Assembly (NCBI RefSeq): GCF_009914755.1
Contig: NC_060948.1
Length of the DNA: 64,000 nucleotides
Source of the DNA: the human T2T-CHM13v2.0 reference genome, Homo sapiens
Direction: 5' to 3' (one strand)
This document shows, piece by piece, positions 62,451 through 64,000 of the stretch; position 1 is the stretch's first letter; each line of letters starts with the position of its first letter. Under the pieces are notes generated by a model that was not told the DNA's origin, did no database searches, and saw only the letters and a program-made list of their open reading frames with translations. The translations under genes were made by a program, and so were the position numbers.

Positions 62451-64000
62451 AGATCCGTATTTTTTAAATGAAAAAAAATTTCAAAGGTACTCTGCTTGGT
62501 ACAATAATCAAATGTATAAACTGAGGAATAAAACATAACCATGAAACCTACTTATAACTGCATATGGAAAATACAGAGGATAATTTTTTAAATAACATAT
62601 TTTGAAAGCCTTAACTAGTAATTTGAAGAGTTGGCATTTGAAAGGCCAGTATGAATATACCTTCAAAGCAGCAACACAGGTTCCCCATGAGAAAAAGCAA
62701 ACACAGGGAAAATAAAAACACAAAGGTTCAATCTCTTCTGACCTTTGAAAGACACAGCACAGACAGTGGTCCTTAGGACGAAGAGCAGGAGACCCCTAAT
62801 TCCGTCACCATGGCGATAGGGCATAAACATTGCTGGGTGAGGGCACAATCCACATTGTGAGGTCCTACTGCTGCCAGGAAGACAGGAGTGCTTTTACATA
62901 GACCGAAAGGTCATTGAAGGCTCAGAGTTTTGTTTCAAGAACTGAATCCCAAGCCCACACGTTATTAGGCTGCGCTTCTTAAAACAAGTTATGAGATGGG
63001 AAAAAGGGCACCCACAAACATACGTATGCATTATGTATATAATAATATACAGTATCATATATATAATATATATAACCTATGTATAATATTGTTTTACATC
63101 CTGCATCTTATGTTATATATATTGTATAAAATATAATAATTGATAATATATAAGTTTTATAATTATACAATATGACATATAGTATATATTATAATTTATG
63201 ACATATATAATATATGTTATATATCATATATAGAATATATTATACGGTTAATATACGTATTAAATATAAATTATACATTATATATATTATATATAATATA
63301 TCTGTTATATATAATACCCATTATGCATAATATATATATTATGTCTATGTTATATATAGTATAAAACAACATATAATAATATATAATTGTATATATAAAA
63401 TGCGACATAAAATATATATTATATTTTATAACATATGTAATATATATTATATATTATATATAATACGTTGTATGTATAATACCTATATTAAATATATATT
63501 ATATGACTATGTTATTGATTACATGTCACATGTGTTAAATATTATATATTTTACATAGAATATACCGGTTACATACAATATATACTATGTTACCTATAAT
63601 GTATAATTTATTACATGTAAAATAAAGAATGCAATATATTATGTATAATTTATAATATACAATATGTGGAATGTGATATATATAACATATAATATATGAT
63701 ATATGATATACAGTATATGATATATAACATACAATATATGATTCCTAATGTATATGGTATACAATATATATTTTATGATATGTATTCTATATGTTTTATA
63801 TTCTGTTATATATAACTATTTGAAATTATATATAACTGTATAATATTTTATGTAAATATGTAATATAATATATATAACTATATAATATATTATATATAAC
63901 TATATATTATGTTATATATACTTTTATAACATAATTTACATAAAATATCATAATATAATATATATTATATTATTTCATATTACATAATATATATTACATA

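Overview
The whole window is one uninterrupted head-to-tail tandem array of a ~2.42 kb composite unit: 26 complete copies plus a partial 27th. Units phased on 'acattgtgaggtcc' start at 1, 2412, 4828, 7248, 9666, 12086, 14504, 16924, 19342, 21758, 24175, 26595, 29015, 31433, 33853, 36271, 38691, 41111, 43524, 45937, 48357, 50761, 53174, 55594, 58014, 60432 and 62852 (U1-U27; lengths 2404-2420 bp). Each unit has a ~1.55 kb extremely AT-rich degenerate (TA)n tract, a ~292 bp old minus-strand 5'-truncated Alu and a ~570 bp moderately GC-rich segment. This architecture, a single MspI site per unit and a predicted ~2.14 kb HaeIII fragment match the known human DYZ2/HSat1B satellite, most likely Yq12 heterochromatin (recognised from memory, not from a database search). 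There are no credible protein-coding genes, RNA genes or CRISPR arrays, and I found no convincing new gene system. The unexplained signal is in the variation between units: a dense private substitution cluster in U14 (33561-33823), local dimeric higher-order periodicity, mappable duplication and crossover events, variant domains and mosaic units.
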